Of a stretch of DNA of 64,000 bases, positions 36,690 through 51,110 are shown piece by piece. The position numbers were made by a program, and so were the translations under genes. The notes beneath the pieces are model-generated. The model was given only the letters and a program-made list of their open reading frames with translations. It did no database searches and was not told the DNA's origin. Position 1 is the stretch's first letter. Every line of letters starts with the position of its first letter. The DNA is from Hypanus sabinus (lineage: Eukaryota): contig NC_082716.1 in NCBI RefSeq assembly GCF_030144855.1, forward strand, positions 53,816,001 to 53,880,000. The letters are read 5' to 3'.

Positions 36690-39600
36690 CTGTTCAACAG
36701 TAACAGTACAGGCCTTTCAGCAACAACTTTGTACTGTACCTTTGACCTACTCTAAGATCATTCTAACATTTTCCACCCACAAAGCGCTACATTTTTTTGT
36801 CCACGTGCTTACCTAAGAATCTTTTAATGTATCTGCCAGTCTGCCTCCACCACCAGGCCTGACAGTACTTTCCATGTACCCACCACTCTGTGTAGAAAAG
36901 CACACTTCTGACATCCCTTTATACTTCCCTCCAAACACCTCAAAATTACACCAGCTTGTATTACCCATTTCCACCCTGGGGGAAAGTCTCTGGCTATCCA
37001 CTCCATCTATGCCTCTTATGGTCTAGTACACCTCTATCAAGTCACCTCCCATCCTCCTTCTCTCCAAAGAGAAGGGCCATAGCTCGCTCAACCATTCCTC
37101 AGTGGGCGTGCTTTATAATCCAGGCAGCATCCTGGTAAATCTGCTCTGTATGCTCTATAAAGCTTTCTCATCCTTCCTATAATGAGGCAACAGCACTTAA
37201 CACCAAACTCCAACTGTCATCTAACCTAAGTTTTGTAGAGCTGCAAAATTACCTCATGACTCTTGAACTCATTCCCCTGATTAATGAAGACCAGCACACC
37301 ATCTGCCTTCTTAACCACCCTATCAACATGCACTACAACTTCGAAGGATCTATATATGTGGGTCTCCAAGATCTCTCTGTCCCTCCACACTGTAAGTAAT
37401 CCTGCCATTAACGTTGTATTCCGCCTTTAGATTTGATCTTCCAATGTGATTCACTTCACAGTTTTCCTGATTGAACTCCATCTGCCACTTCTCAGCCCAG
37501 CTCTGCATCCTATCAACACCCCATATAACCTACAACAAACTTCTACACCACTAACCTTTGTGCCATATGCAAATTTACTAACCCAGCCTTGCAAGTCATT
37601 TATAAAATTCACAAAGAGCTGGGGCCACAGGTCAGATCCTCACAGAACAGCTCTGGTCACCAACCTTTAGGCAACATTTCTACCCTCTGCCTTCTGTGGG
37701 CAAGCCACTTCTGAATCCATGAAGCCATGTTTTTCTGGATCCCATGTCTCAGACTTTCTGAATAAGCCTAGCATGGGAAACCTCATCAAGTGCCTTACTA
37801 AAATCTGTACACACCACGTCCTCTGCTTTGCCTCATCAGTTTGTTTTGTCACATCCTCAAAGAATTCAATCAGGCTGTGGAGCCACAACCTGCCCTTACA
37901 GAGCCATGTTGACTAGCCCTAATCAGAGAATGAGCCTCTAAATGCTTGTAAATCCTATCTCTAAGAATCCTCTCCAATAGTTTGCCCATCATGAAACAAA
38001 ACACACTGATCTATAATTTTGTGTGTCATCATAATTCCTTTTCTTGAACAAAGGAATAACATATTCCACCCTCCAGTCTTCTGGTACGACTCCTGTGGCC
38101 TGTGAAGATGTAAAAATCTTTGCCAAATGTATAGCAGTTTCTTCCTTCAATTCCCATAGTAACCTGAAGTATATCCTGTCTAGCCCCAGGGGACTTAACT
38201 ATCTTAAGGTTTTACAAAAGTTCCAGCACATCCTTTTTGTTAACACTGACATGTTCCAGCATATCAGCCTGTTTTACACTGACCTCACATTCATTAAGGT
38301 TCTTCTCACTGGTGAACACTGAAGCAAAGTATTCACTAAGGACCTTCCTTACATCGTCTGCCTTCAGACACATGTTTCTTCTTTTATCCCTGATTGATCC
38401 TACCATCACTCTACTCATCTTCCTGTTCTTCACGTACATATAGGATACCTTAGGGGTTTCCTTTATCCTACTCACCAAGGCATTCTCATGACCCCTTCTA
38501 GATCTCCTAAATCCATTATTAAGCTCCTTCCTGGCTGCGTAGTAACTCTTTAGAGCCCTGTCTGATCCTTGCTTCCAAAACCTGAAGCCAGCTTTTTCCT
38601 TCCTCTTGACTAGATGGTTCACTTCTTTTGTCAATTATGGTTCCGTCACCTTACCAACATTTCCCTGCTTCAATGCCACAAACCTATCTAGAATCCCATG
38701 TAAGTATTCCCTAAACAGCCTCTACATTTTTGTTGTGCATATTCCTGCGTAAATTTGTTCCCAGTTTATGTTCTCAAGTTCCTGCCTTATAACATCATAA
38801 TTCACCTTCCCCCTCAATTGAACACTTTCCTATACCATCTGCTCCTATCCATGTCCAAAGCTATGCTAAAGATCGGGAAGTTGTGGTCATTGTTTTTCAA
38901 GTACTCACCCACCAAGAGATCTGACATCTAACCAAGTTCACTGCCTATTACCTGATCCAGTATGGGCTCTCCTCTAATCGACCTGTCTACATATTGTGTC
39001 AGGAATCCTTCCTGGACTCCTTAGAGAAATTGAAGTTATCCATGATAACAACCCTGCCATTTTTTTTTTGCATCTTTCCAAAGCCTGTCCTGATCTTTCC
39101 CTTAGTATCCTGTTGCTATAGGAAAGCAGGAGTGGGGAGGGGGTGAGTTGGGGGTGGGTGACATGATTGCCCCTTTCTGTTTCTGACAACCACCCACCCT
39201 GAGTCAGTAGATGATCCCTCCACAAATCTTCCCTTTTTGCAGCTGCGATACCAACCCTGATTAGATTAGATTAGATCCAACTTTATCGTCATGGTGCCGA
39301 GTACAGATACAAAGCCAAATGAAATGCAGTTAGCATCTAATGAGAAATGCAAAGAATCGTGTTATTTACAAAATAACTGAATAAAAAGTAAGTGCTACAG
39401 CACACAAATATAAAAGTACTGAGAGTACAATATGGGTGCAGTACTGGTTAGCGCTGTGATGTGAGGTTCAGCAGTGTCACAGCCTCAGGGAAGAAGCGCT
39501 TCCTGTGCCTGCTGGTGTGGGAGTGGAGGCTCCTGTAGCGCCTAACGGATGGGAGGAGAGTTAAAAATCCATGGTTAGAGTGAGATGCATCCTTGATAAT

Positions 39601-40890
39601 GCTTTTCGCCCTGCCCAGGCTGTGTTTATAGATGTTCTCAATGGTGGGCAGTTTTCACCACACAGTAGTGTGCTTTGCGGTCCGATACAGGACAATTGCC
39701 ACACCACACTGAGATGCATTTGGTGAGTATGCTCTTAATGGTACAGCGGTCCGTCACTACCCTGGGACAGAGGTGAGCTTTCTTGATGATCCGCAGGAAA
39801 TAAAGGCGCTGTTGTGCCTTTTTGATCAGGGTGGAGGAGTTCAGGGACCAGGTGAGATCCTCAGAAATGTGGGCAGCAAGGAATTTGAAGCTTGATACAC
39901 ACTCCACTACAGCTCCATTAATGTAGATGGGGACGTGCATGTGGTTCCTAGCATGCCTGAAGTCCACAATGATCTCCTTGGTCTTCTGGGTGTTACGGGC
40001 CAGGTTGTTGTCAGCACATCACGCGGCCAGGTGCTGGACCTCGTCCCTGTAGGCCGTCTCATCATCCCCTCTGATCATGCCAATCACCATGGTGTCATCT
40101 GCGAACTTGATTATGGAGTTAGAACCATGTACAGGAATGTAGTCATAAGTGAAAAGGGAGTACAGAAGAGGGCTCAGCACACAGCCTTGAGGCACGCCGG
40201 TGTTCAGGGTGAGAGTGGAGGTGGAGAAGTTGTCTAACTTAACAGATTGGGGTCTGTTAGTCAGAAAGTCCAAGATCCAATTGCAGAGGGATGAGCTGAT
40301 ACCAAGCTGGCGAAGTTTGGCGATAAGCTTGGAGGGGGTCACAGTATTGAATGCCGAACTAAGGTCAATGAACAACATTCTGACATAAGAGTTGGGGCTG
40401 TCCAGATGGGTCAGGGAAGAGTGAAATGCCGTGGAGATGGCATCCTCTGTTGACCTGTTGGTGTAATAGGCAAATTGATGGGGGTCCAGGGTAGTGGGCA
40501 GACGGGATTTCAGATGTGATAGAACCAGTCACTCAAAGCAATTTGCAATAATGGGAGTGAATGCAACTGGGCAGAAGTCATTCAGTCATTCAGTCATTAC
40601 AATGCCACTCTCCCACCTCATTTACCTCCCTCTCCATCCCTTTTGCAGCATCTATACCCCAGAACATTCAACAGCCATTCTTACCTTTGTGATAGCTCAG
40701 TCTCGGTAATAGCCTCAACATCATAGTTTCACATACTGATCCATTCACTAAGCTTATCATTGCCATTCTTGATACGTCTTGCATTAAAATAAGCACATTT
40801 CAACCCATCCAGCTGACTGCAATTATGCCTGTCTGTGCTCACAGTCTTTCTACACGGAGCATCTCCTTTACACCAACTGTTCCATCCTCT
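36690..40890 (-). mobile_element. Decayed CR1 ORF2 interrupted by a Rex/Babar LINE
   Basis: ORF fragments collinear with the 804-3788 protein (LIEFFEDVTKQTDE, VLSEYFASVFT); endonuclease N-terminal part resumes after about 40595. Confidence 0.85.
39262..40595 (-). mobile_element. 5'-truncated Rex/Babar LINE
   Basis: [46 protein letters not shown]; (TCTAA)n tail at about 39260-39278. Confidence 0.88.
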
Positions 40891-41749
40891 CTGTGTTTTA
40901 AACACAAAGATTCCTGTCTGGAATCTTTCTATTCCAGATATACAGTGAGAGAAAAGTGAATAATTTTATTTCATTCAAAGAAAATGATAATTTCCAAGAA
41001 TATTACAAGTGTAGGAACAAATTGTTCCCAACTCTTCTGTCACTAGAAACCCTGATTTTGCAAAAGGCTGAGGATTAGTATAACTGAATCAAAGAACAAT
41101 ACTGAGGCTGCATGTGATACATTCTTCAAGTAATATCAATATTCTTTCCCTTGTCACCATTTATGTTCAAATTACATTAGCTACTACACCTTAAGGCCTC
41201 AACTTTGCTGATAGCATCTGACCCTGCACATCTTCAAGTGGTTAGTCCAGATAACACATAATTTTAAATGACTATTTCTCCAATTTCATTTCTGCCTGCA
41301 GCAGTGCAAATGTCCATACCTCCTTACCTTTAACATTGTTATCACTGCTATGGCCACATGATCAACCACTGGATTGGTTCCTGGTTGGCCATTCAGCTCT
41401 GGGACGTTTATACCCTGCTTCTCTGATGTTGTCATGTGTTCCTCCGCAATTGGCTGCTAAATGAAAGACTTTGCTTTTGATAAATTCATAAGCCCACATT
41501 CTCAGTAAATTGTTCTCATGTGAATTTTCAAACTGTTCTTCAATCAAGTTCTAGTTTGCTCAAACTGTAATTTTTGCTTATTTGTTTTTTTTTCTTTCAA
41601 TTAACCACTTGTATTTAGATGGTCTTTCTGTCTTACAATAAACAAGTGTCTTTGCACTCCTTCATAGACAGTCCTGTGGGATTCAGGATGAATTGGCTCC
41701 ACTCTGGTACTGAGGTGATTGATAAGATTATGTGTCTTCAGGCTCTTGT

Positions 41750-42200
41750 GCCTCCTCCTGCTGGCAGCAATAAAGAGTGTTTGTCCCGGGTGATTAATGA
41801 TGGATGCTGCCTTCTTGAGACATCTTTTTTTTTTTGATGACGTTATCAATGCTGGAGAGACTAGTATCCACGATGGAGCTGGCTGAGTTTCCAATGTTCT
41901 GTAGCTTTTCCCAATCCTGTGCAATAGCGCCTCCATGCCAGAAGCTGCGCCCAGTTAGAATGTTTTCCAAGGTATATCTATAGAAATTTGCTAGAGTCAT
42001 TAGTGACATACTAAATCTTCTCAAACTCCTAATGCAATACAGCTGTTGTCATGCCTCCTTTGGAACTGTGTTAATGTGTTGGGCCCAGGATAGATCTTCA
42101 GTGATATTGTCACATAGAAACTTGAAATTGCTCACCCTTACCACTGCTGATCCCTTGAAGAGGATCGGTATGTGTTCTCATGACTTTCCCTTCCTGAATT
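41750..42200 (-). mobile_element. Rex/Babar-like LINE 3' fragment
   Basis: LANFYRYTLENILTG.. and RCLKKAASII.. remnants. Confidence 0.7.
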
Positions 42201-43269
42201 AAACATCCCATTTGCTATGCCTAAATCTGAAAGAACATTTTTCAACCCACCCTTCCCTTATAGCGGGTCAGACATCAAAGATCCTTTTACTACAAGGTTT
42301 CATCCAGATTTTGTGTGATAATTCTACACATACATCAATCCTCTTAACACCATTACAACTCAGTTGAATGACTTTCAGATCATGGATCTCCAGTGATAAT
42401 TGAAAGAACTGAATTGTGGCATCAATCAGGCCCACCAATTTAATATGACCATGATTTGAACTATTAGAGGTTAGCAGAAAATTAATAAAAAAAAACATGG
42501 CCAATTAGAAATCCACATCCTTACATATTCATAGTTTATGGGTTCTTTAACATGTATTTGTATCCAGTATTTCCAGCCAATGCATACAGCATTAAATTTG
42601 TTGATAATTCTGCAACCTTCCCCTAAATGATATTTCTTGTATTTTGCAATAAGTAATCAAGCAGTGGAGGGAATTGTATCTGAGAGCATTGCCAGGATAA
42701 ATGCAGCTAAATGATGCCTATCGAGAATGACAATGTGATTAGTTGTAGCAAGCAGATGTTTCAAAAAGAAAATACATTTTCTGATGACTGATGAACAATT
42801 GTACAGTCAATGTTATGCCACATAGACAGAAAAAGGGTGTTGCAGCCTGCCTTCATAAACCCTGGGCTATTAGAATTAGAGAGCAGTCCAGCCCAAAGCA
42901 TTGGTGTCCTAACACAAAGTCTGATATAAGCAAGTAGCTTGCCTAATAAAGGGAAAATCTGTAAGGTCTGAGCAATTGTCCTCTCAGCAGACATTTGAAA
43001 TGCTTGCCATCCATTTATGTTGTGCTGTGTGAATAATTAGATTAATTAGTGGATTTCTAATAAAAGGATAAACCACCAATAATTTGAAAAGTAAAAAAGC
43101 AACAGATATTTAAAATCTGAAATAAAAGCTGAAAATGCTAGTACTCACTGGGCTATTTGACTACTATATAAAAAATAAAAGAGTTTATATTTTTATCAGT
43201 TTCTCTCCACAGATCTTTCTGGCCTGCTGAATGTTTCTACCATTTTCTGTTTTTTAGTACTGAAAGCTC

Positions 43270-44480
43270 ATGTTGGCTTTGGAGAAGGTTCAGAGAAAGT
43301 TCACAAGAATTATCCTGGAAATAAAAGGGTTAATGTCTGAGGAGCATTTGATGGCTCTAGGCCTGTACACTGTGGTATTTAAAAGAATGAGGGGGAACCT
43401 CATTCAAACCTATTGAATATTGAAAGGCCAACATAGAGTGAAATAGTGGGAGATTCTAGGACTAGAGGGCATAGACTCAGAATATAAGTCAAGTCAAGTC
43501 ATTTTTATTGTCATTTTGACCATAACTGCTGGTATAGTACATAGTAAAAAGGAGACAACGTTTTTTCAGGACCATGGTGTTACATGACACAGTACAAAAA
43601 CTATACTGAACTACGTAAAAAAAATCAAACACAGAGAAAGAAAAACAACAATAACTACACTAGACTGCAGATCTACCCAGGATTGCATAAAGTGCACAAC
43701 ATAGTGCAGGTATTACAATAAATAACAAACAAGACAATAGGGCAGTAAGGTGTCAGTCCAGACTCTGGGTATTGAGGAGTCTGATAGCTTGGGGGAAGAT
43801 ACTGTTGCATAGTCTGGTTGTGAGAGCCCAAGTGCTTCGGTGCCTTTTCCCAGAAGATAGAAAAGAAAAAAGTTTGTATGAGGGGTGTGTGAGGTCCTTC
43901 ATAATGCTGTTTGCTTTGCAGATGCAGCATGTAGTGTAAATGTCCGTAATGGCAGGAAGAGAGACCCCGATGATCTCCTCAGCTGACCTCACTATCCGCT
44001 GCAGGGTCTTGCAATCTGAGATGGTGCAATTTCCAAACCAGACAGTGATGCAGCTGCTCAGGATGCTCTCAGTGCAACCCCTGTAGAATGTGATGAGGAT
44101 GGGGGGTGAGAGATGGACTTTTCTCAGCCTTCGCAGAAAGTAGAGATGCTGCTGGGCTTTCTTTGCAAAGGAGCTGGTGTTGAGGGACCAGGTAAGATTC
44201 TCCGCCAGGTGAACACCAAGAAATTTGGTGCTCTTAACGATCTCTACCCTTTAGAATAGATATTAGGAGGAATATCTTTAGCTAGAAGGTGATGAATCTG
44301 TGGAATTCATTGCCACAGATGGCTGTGAAGGCCAAGTCATTGGTTATATTTAAAGCAGAGATTGATGAGTTCTTGATTCAAAAGGCCAGAAAGGGATGAT
44401 AAAGTAGCTATGATGGAATGGCAGAGCAGAGTAGATGGGCTGAATGGCCTGATTGTGCCCTTGTGTCTTAAGGTTTTGCC
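43270..44480 (+). mobile_element. CR1 3' fragment hosting a Rex/Babar insertion
   Basis: CR1 sequence at 43270-43483 resumes at about 44250; 3' stem-loop GGGCTGAATGGCCT. Confidence 0.8.
43485..44248 (-). mobile_element. 5'-truncated Rex/Babar LINE
   Basis: RSAEEIIGVSLP..FPQAIRLLN; (CTTGA)n tail. Confidence 0.82.
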
Positions 44481-45809
44481 TTCTTATAGCTTGACATTAT
44501 TTAAATCTCAGAGCTCATCATAGATTGTGGCTTTGAAACACCTCTCCAGAATGTGAGAGAGAAAATGGAAAAATGATAGAACCTGGCTATAAAAATGACT
44601 TTAAGAAACCTGATTGAGTCCTGGGTTATGTAGGTTTCATGGCCAAATATTTATTTCAATGGAAGGAGTTTAATTTCAATTATTATTTAGTTCATGTAAG
44701 GACTATGTTGCTTGATTTGTGTATCTGGAACTGACCTTTCTGAACTAGTACTCACTGTTAATTCCATGAACAACAGCTTCATTTCACTCACACTGCATGA
44801 TTTATTTGGTGATCTCCACTCAAACTTTTCACATATCTTGAAGTGAATATTTCTAGCCTATTGCTTATGCCATCTGTGGTGAATGAAACCAAAATGTGCT
44901 TTCAGTCTGAATGCCTAGTTTAATTCCATTCTCCAGCTCACTCTATTACTTTAATATCCCACATTCTCACCCAACTATCATTTTCTCTTTATAGATAATT
45001 GAAAGGCTTTTCTTCAACAATAGCATCCAAAGAGAATTAAACAGCTTAAGCTTCACAAAGATTTTTTTTTCCATCTTCCTCGTCATTTCCTTTTGTATTG
45101 AGCATAAATGTGCCTTTTGTTATTATCATAATATACAGCAGAAACAATCTATTACTTTTTACCTTTTACAAAAATCCATCTGTGCTCCTGGAGACTTCCA
45201 TCCAGTGACTCTTAACTTTCTAATCTTTGGTACAATAAATTCTCAAATCTAGGTGAGTAATTGCAATCCTTTAGTACTGGTACTTAATCCACCTCTTTTA
45301 TACCCTGGATATGCAAAGTGATACATAATAGTCTCAAGTACAACCTATATAAGTTAACATTATCTTCTGTCTTTTATATTCTTTACATATATATATTTAA
45401 TAATACCAAGCATTCCATTTTCTGTCTACATTCTATTCCACTTGTGTTGCGACTTTGCTTAAACAGGCTTCCTCTATTTTTGGGAATGATTTTAAGTTAT
45501 CACATTTTAAAGACTCTTTCTTTCCTCATTATTACTTCTAAAATGAGTTGAGTCACATCATTGGAATAGCTCCCTAGTACTGCCCATGGAAAATAGAGAT
45601 GAGCATTTTGACAGGTGAGGAACACTGACTAGCTTGCAAATGAATTCAGGGCAGGAGACCTACTGGTAACACAATATTAAGATTACTAAGGCAGGGTCTC
45701 AATGCGAAGCACCAAATATCTTTTTGCCCTCACAAATACGATTTCACCCATTGACTTCCTCTAGCAGTTTACTTATAACTCCAGGTTATAAGTAGAAATT
45801 ACTATAGTC

Positions 45810-46046
45810 GAAGGGTGGTAGGTCTGTGGAATTTGTTGCCATGAGCGGCTGTGAAGGCCAAGTCATTGGGTGGATTTAAGGCAGATATAGATAGGTTCTT
45901 GATTATCCGGGGCATCAAAGGGTATGGGGAGAAGGCAGGGGTGTGGGGATAACTGGAAGAATTGGATCAGCCATGATTGAATGGCGGAGCAGACTCAATG
46001 GGTTGAATGGTCTACTTCTGGTCCTATACCTTATGGTCTTATGGTT
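45810..46046 (+). mobile_element. CR1 3' end
   Basis: Closely similar to 11805-12035; (CTTATGGT)n tail. Confidence 0.85.
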
Positions 46047-46249
46047 CTGCATGTGGTGTAAAAAAATCCAGTCTCTTGTGTCTTGCATGAGTAAAGCTTA
46101 CTCTCAAGATGGAGTGGAAGTAATTTTACATTGTATCCTTTATAATGCCAATCTATACATAGTATGCGACAAAAAGTTATATAACTATGCTTGTCATTGC
46201 TCCACTTAGCAAAGCTCAAACGTAAGCATACCAGGACTCATTGGCACTT

Positions 46250-46680
46250 TAAGAAATAGCAGTATTAGACCATTAGCCCCATGTGGCTGATCTGTCACTT
46301 TTAATCCTGCTTTCTGGCAGGAACACCAGAAAGCAGGAATATTTTGATATTCTTTTAATATCAAAAATCCTGTTATATAGACCTTCCATATAATCAGCAT
46401 CTGAGCCTTCATTTCTCTTGAGCAATAAATTCAAAAGCCTACCACCCTCTCAGAGAATAAATTATTTTTTTAGTTCTGTTATAAATGCCCTCCCTCTTAT
46501 TTTGAAATAAACCAGTTCTAGGCACCATAGCCACCGGAGGTATCAACTTCATATCTATCCTGTCCAATTTCAGTGAGATTACCTCCCTTCCTTCGAAACT
46601 TAAGAAAATACAAACCCAGTTTATTTAAGCTTTCCTCATTGACAAAACTTGTCATTCTCGGAATCAATCTAATGAACTTA
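46250..46680 (-). mobile_element. Old CR1 3' fragment
   Basis: FIRLIPRM..LNKLGLYFLKFRRKGGNL remnant. Confidence 0.6.
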
Positions 46681-47344
46681 ACATAATTATGACAATTCAA
46701 GATCAGAGTTGATGAAGAAGCACAACATCCTTTCAGTTCTGATTTTGACGTTGTGCTCCTGAATGTATTTCACAAATGTTAAACATATGGCTTTGTCATC
46801 CATATACAAGCTTTCATTTAATTATTGTGGCAGATCTTAGTCATGTGCTATATTAGATGTTTTTTTTCTTGACAATAAAATGTGAAATCAAAAAAAACAT
46901 AGTTGCACAGTTAAATAAATCATTGTTGGAATGTGCAAAATATATTTGAGCAGCAGTCTCAAATGAAAGAATGGATTTGCCTTAATTGAACACTGTGAAT
47001 AAATAAATTATATACCTAAAAATATCAGGCCTTACTGATACTTTTAAAAGCATTAGCATTCACATTTAACCTGCATATAAAGCAGTCCACAGTTTTTTTT
47101 ATTTGCATACTATATGTCTTTTTACAATGAGATGTATTCTGCACTCTTCTAGTCTGTCAGTTCTATATATTTGCAACATCTGAAAAAGAATTTTATTTAT
47201 TTGAACTGTTTTTGAATTACTCCACTCATTTTGTCAAAGCTTACTTTCCAAGATCAATGATCCAGATGCCATATTTTAAGTCTTTATACTGTATAGTGCA
47301 GTGCTCTAAATTCTGAATCTTCCAGTCTTCCAATCTTCCATTGA

Positions 47345-47722
47345 GTCATAGAAAAGTCTGTCACAGAAACAGGCCCTTCAGCCCATTTACTCCATGCTGA
47401 ACCATTAAATTGCCTACTCCCATCAACCTGCACTGGGACCATAGCCCTCCATATCCCTACCATCTATGTACCTATCCAAACTTATCTTAAGTTCACATGC
47501 ACCACTTGTACTGGCATCTCATTCCTTACTCTCATGCCCCTCTGAGTGAAGAAGTTTCCCTTCATGTTGCCCTAAAACTTTTCACCTTTCTCCCTTAGCT
47601 CATGACCTCTAGTCCCACCAACTTCAGTGGAAAAGCACCTGCTTGTATTTACTCTAGCTATACCACTCATATTTTTGTATACCTCTATCAAATCTTCCCT
47701 CAGTCTTCTACGTTTCAAGGGA
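47345..47722 (-). mobile_element. CR1 3' end
   Basis: Similar to 745-1130 of the full-length CR1. Confidence 0.8.
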
Positions 47723-48234
47723 TATAAAGTGAAATGGAGAAATAACTAATTTGTCCAACATTGTGTCCATCTATAGTTTTTCCCTACTTGCATTGAACAT
47801 TTATTTGCCCTTCTCCCTATGAATATTATAATGATACTGCAAAAACCTTTGATTTGCTTTACCAGTAGAAATGTTGGAGAGTGTGTCAATCTGTTTGTAG
47901 AGAACAAAGACTTGATCGAAAGAACAAAATATTCATAAATCTAATGTTTTCTTCTTCCTAAGCTATTAACTCCTGTAGCAAGTAGTAATGCCAATACCAT
48001 TGGTGAAATGATAATGTTCTAATCCAACCCATTGTAAAATATGTACTGAATTCTTGCTATTTGGGTACATTGGTAAGATCTACCCTTTAAAACTCAATGG
48101 AATCTGAAACATCTGAGTACTAGATTTCATGAAGTCAAGGTTCTACATAGGTCAGAAAGCATTAAGGCCATAGGAACTGAACCAGCTTCCAAGGAAATTA
48201 CTTAATTCCGGTGCAATGTCAGATATTGGGGTTG

Positions 48235-48525
48235 CCACTGGAAACATAGCAGTTAGCCTGACGCTATCTCAGATCAGGACGTCAACATTCAGAGTCCAGT
48301 TGTGGCGCTGTCTGTCAGCGGTTTGTATGCTCTCCCTGTGACTATGTGGGTTTCCTCTGGATGTTCTGGTTTCCTCTCACAGTCTAAAGACGTTAGTAGG
48401 TTAATTAGTGATTGTAAATTGTCTTGTAATTAGGCCAATGTTAAACAGGTGCATTGCTGGGTGGTGGGCCTCAGTGGGCCAGAAGGGCCTGTTCCACACT
48501 GTATCTCTAAATCAATAAAATAAAT
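48235..48525 (+). mobile_element. V-SINE (HE1-like)
   Basis: V-domain GTGGGTTTCCTCTGGATGTTCTGGTTTCCTCTCACAGTCTAAAGAC; tail GGGCCAGAAGGGCCTGTTCC..TGTATCTCTAAA. Confidence 0.85.
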
Positions 48526-49853
48526 ATAAACCACAGCAATACTACTGTCCATTGATTTCATCAGAGTATGAAATATAGTCCAATAAACCATCTGCTGGTG
48601 GAGCTCAGCAGGTTAAGCATCATCTGGGAGGTGATGAGACTTGTTGTCCTTTCAGATCAAAATCCTGCATCAGGACCAAGGTGCTTGACATGTTGAGTTA
48701 CTCCAGCAGATTGTTGACCACAGTCCAACATTGTCATTTTCTCGTGTCTCTGTAAAATTTGGTGAGTTGTTTAAGTGGCATTCTATTAGAAGCAAGCAGA
48801 ATCTGTAAGATTGAAATATATTGTGTACATCTGATGGGGGAGAAATTAGTAAAATTGAATGAGCCACGGCTCTTTGTCACTGTTATCACCAGCCTCAAGC
48901 ATGAACCAGTTAAGCTTTGGAACTCATTTAAGAGCAGGCTACAAGCAAGGAGTCTGGTGCAGTTTCTGTATGGATGTCATCGGAAATCAGTTAGTTCCTT
49001 CACTGATTTGAAGTGTAGACCATGTAGTGTACACTTTCCTTTGAGGGATGCGGAGCTGTCTTGGGTAATTACTGGGCAGATAGTTTAATATCTACAGTCA
49101 GGAAGTTTTTGAAACCTTTAATAAAATATGAAACTACTAAGTATAGACAAGGTAATTAGAAGCTGTCACAGCATTAAGAAAATTGGTATTTGTAAACCAA
49201 AATGTTCTATGATGGATGGAAAATCACAGTTGACATGTTGCATGTGAACTTTAACAAAATCTTAAACAAGACACCACACAGGTGATTATTTAACAAGATA
49301 AAGAATTAAATAAAGTGGATAAAGAATTAAATAAAGTGGATGAAGAATTGGCTTGAAGCAGACCATAGGATTTAAGGATGGATTCTCAGTTTAAGTTATC
49401 AATACAGTCACACCAATTTATCTACTCTGATGTAAGTGATTTCACGCATCAAGTATTGAAAAAATGCCTGGTGGCACATAGCGTTGTTTTGCAATGTATT
49501 GCCTGATGCCAGATATTGGATGCTCTTTGCCTCTATGCATTCAATGTGTAAGGAGTCTACTGCTTTTATACCTGAATAGTTCAGTAACAGTAACATTTTG
49601 AATATCATAATTGCAATGGAAAGGGAATGAAGAACATTTTCTTGCTGATAAGTAGACATATCAGATTAGATGTACATGACTTGAAATTATGACTTAACAT
49701 ATTTTGGAAGTAAGGCTGTAACAATCTGCTTTATTATTTTCATGATAAACTGATAAATATTAGCTTGAGTTCTTCACCTAAATTTTTTTAAGAACTGTAT
49801 ATTTCAACTTATTTGATATGTAAGGATATGTGTGCATGTGGCTATGTGCACAC

Positions 49854-50659
49854 TGTTACAAGAATTACCCCTTGTAATAATGATAATAATAATATTAATA
49901 ATAAAGGCACAGAGGATCTGTGTTTACCAACAAGTAGTGTTTACTCTCTCAACTAAAAAGCACGTGGGCTCACAAACTAACTACCTGTGTGCACCCCAAT
50001 AGAGTCCCTGACCCTCAGTGAATAGTCAATGAATAGAAAAGGTATTACCCGGGAAAGGAGTCTGTGCTGGCCAGGAGCTCCTCGTGGTCCCAATCACTGC
50101 ATGAACATGTGGTCCTCCTCATCTGCGATGGTTGGTCTCTGGGTGCTGGAGAGTTATTGTTCCTGATAATTTGGAGCTCCTGGCTCTTATAGTGTTCTTC
50201 ATCAATTGAACTGGTGAATCCCCATCCCATTGCTCAAGGTCACCTCTCCTCCCTAGGTCACTTTCCTACTGGTTCTTGTACAGTCTACAGCCAGTATTAT
50301 CTTGTGGTTCTGCCCACCCTAGCCTTCTGAATTTATGTCTTTCAATTCTGAATGGTCCAAACCAGTTAAATGAGGCAACCCATACAGAGTCTAATGAGAT
50401 TACAGATCGCTTCTTTGGTAGGTCTGTCATTTTACATAATAAGTTCCTCCTCATCTGAGAGTGGTCTCAGGTTTAGCAGGACATGACCTGAAGTTTCTTG
50501 TGTCCACACTCAATCGCTCTGATTAGATTATCCCAGAGCATGAATCAGTTCAGAGTCCACACAATGGGGAGGAGCAAAGACAATTGGTTTGTCTGCTTCT
50601 CCGTCCTTGATTTGTCAAATACACTAATCGCATACTCTAGTTTCTTCTGGCCAATGACA
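49854..50659 (-). mobile_element. Possible solo LTR
   Basis: TGTTAC...ATGACA ends, flanks CACAC/CACAA, minus-strand TATAAGAG and AGTAAA. Right boundary uncertain. Confidence 0.45.
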
Positions 50660-50689
50660 CACAAACCTTTTCTCCCTGTGTTTCCATTG

Positions 50690-51110
50690 GTGCATTAATC
50701 ATTAGCACATGTCATTGGACAGATGTTCAATAAATGTAAAACTCGAATCCAGGAAGGAGTTAGGACTACAAATCCTCCTGCGTTTACGAACACCTGACTC
50801 ATGGGCACACTGTGCATACGAATAAACATTGGGCAGACCTGTGTGATGAATGGGCATGGATTGACTTGATGCCACGAGGCTACATGAAATTTCTGCTGGG
50901 CGGGAGCAGGGCAGTTTGCATGCCTTCTCTCCCAAAGCCACATCCTCTTTCCGAGCTACAGGAATCAGGCTGGGTGAAGCCCAGCAGAGCTGGCGGCACG
51001 GAGCGGACTCTCACTCGCTCACTAAGCTGGTGAGGCCAGCCGGCGGCTGCTCCCCCTGAGTCTGCTTGTTCTCCATTAAGCTGTTTCTGTGATCCTCTCC
51101 CACACACTGT
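50690..51110 (+). promoter_or_regulatory. Candidate intronic promoter/enhancer
   Basis: GACTACAAATCC (ZNF143/THAP11-like), TGACTCA (AP-1), GGGCGGGA, local GC/CpG enrichment, donor-like CTG|GTGAGG at 51029/51030. Confidence 0.4.

Noticed and set aside
49295-49345. Tandem duplication of about 21 bp (ATAAAGAATTAAATAAAGTGG); similar short repeats near 12735, 28551 and 63940
   Set aside because: Simple slippage duplications without spacers; not CRISPR-like.
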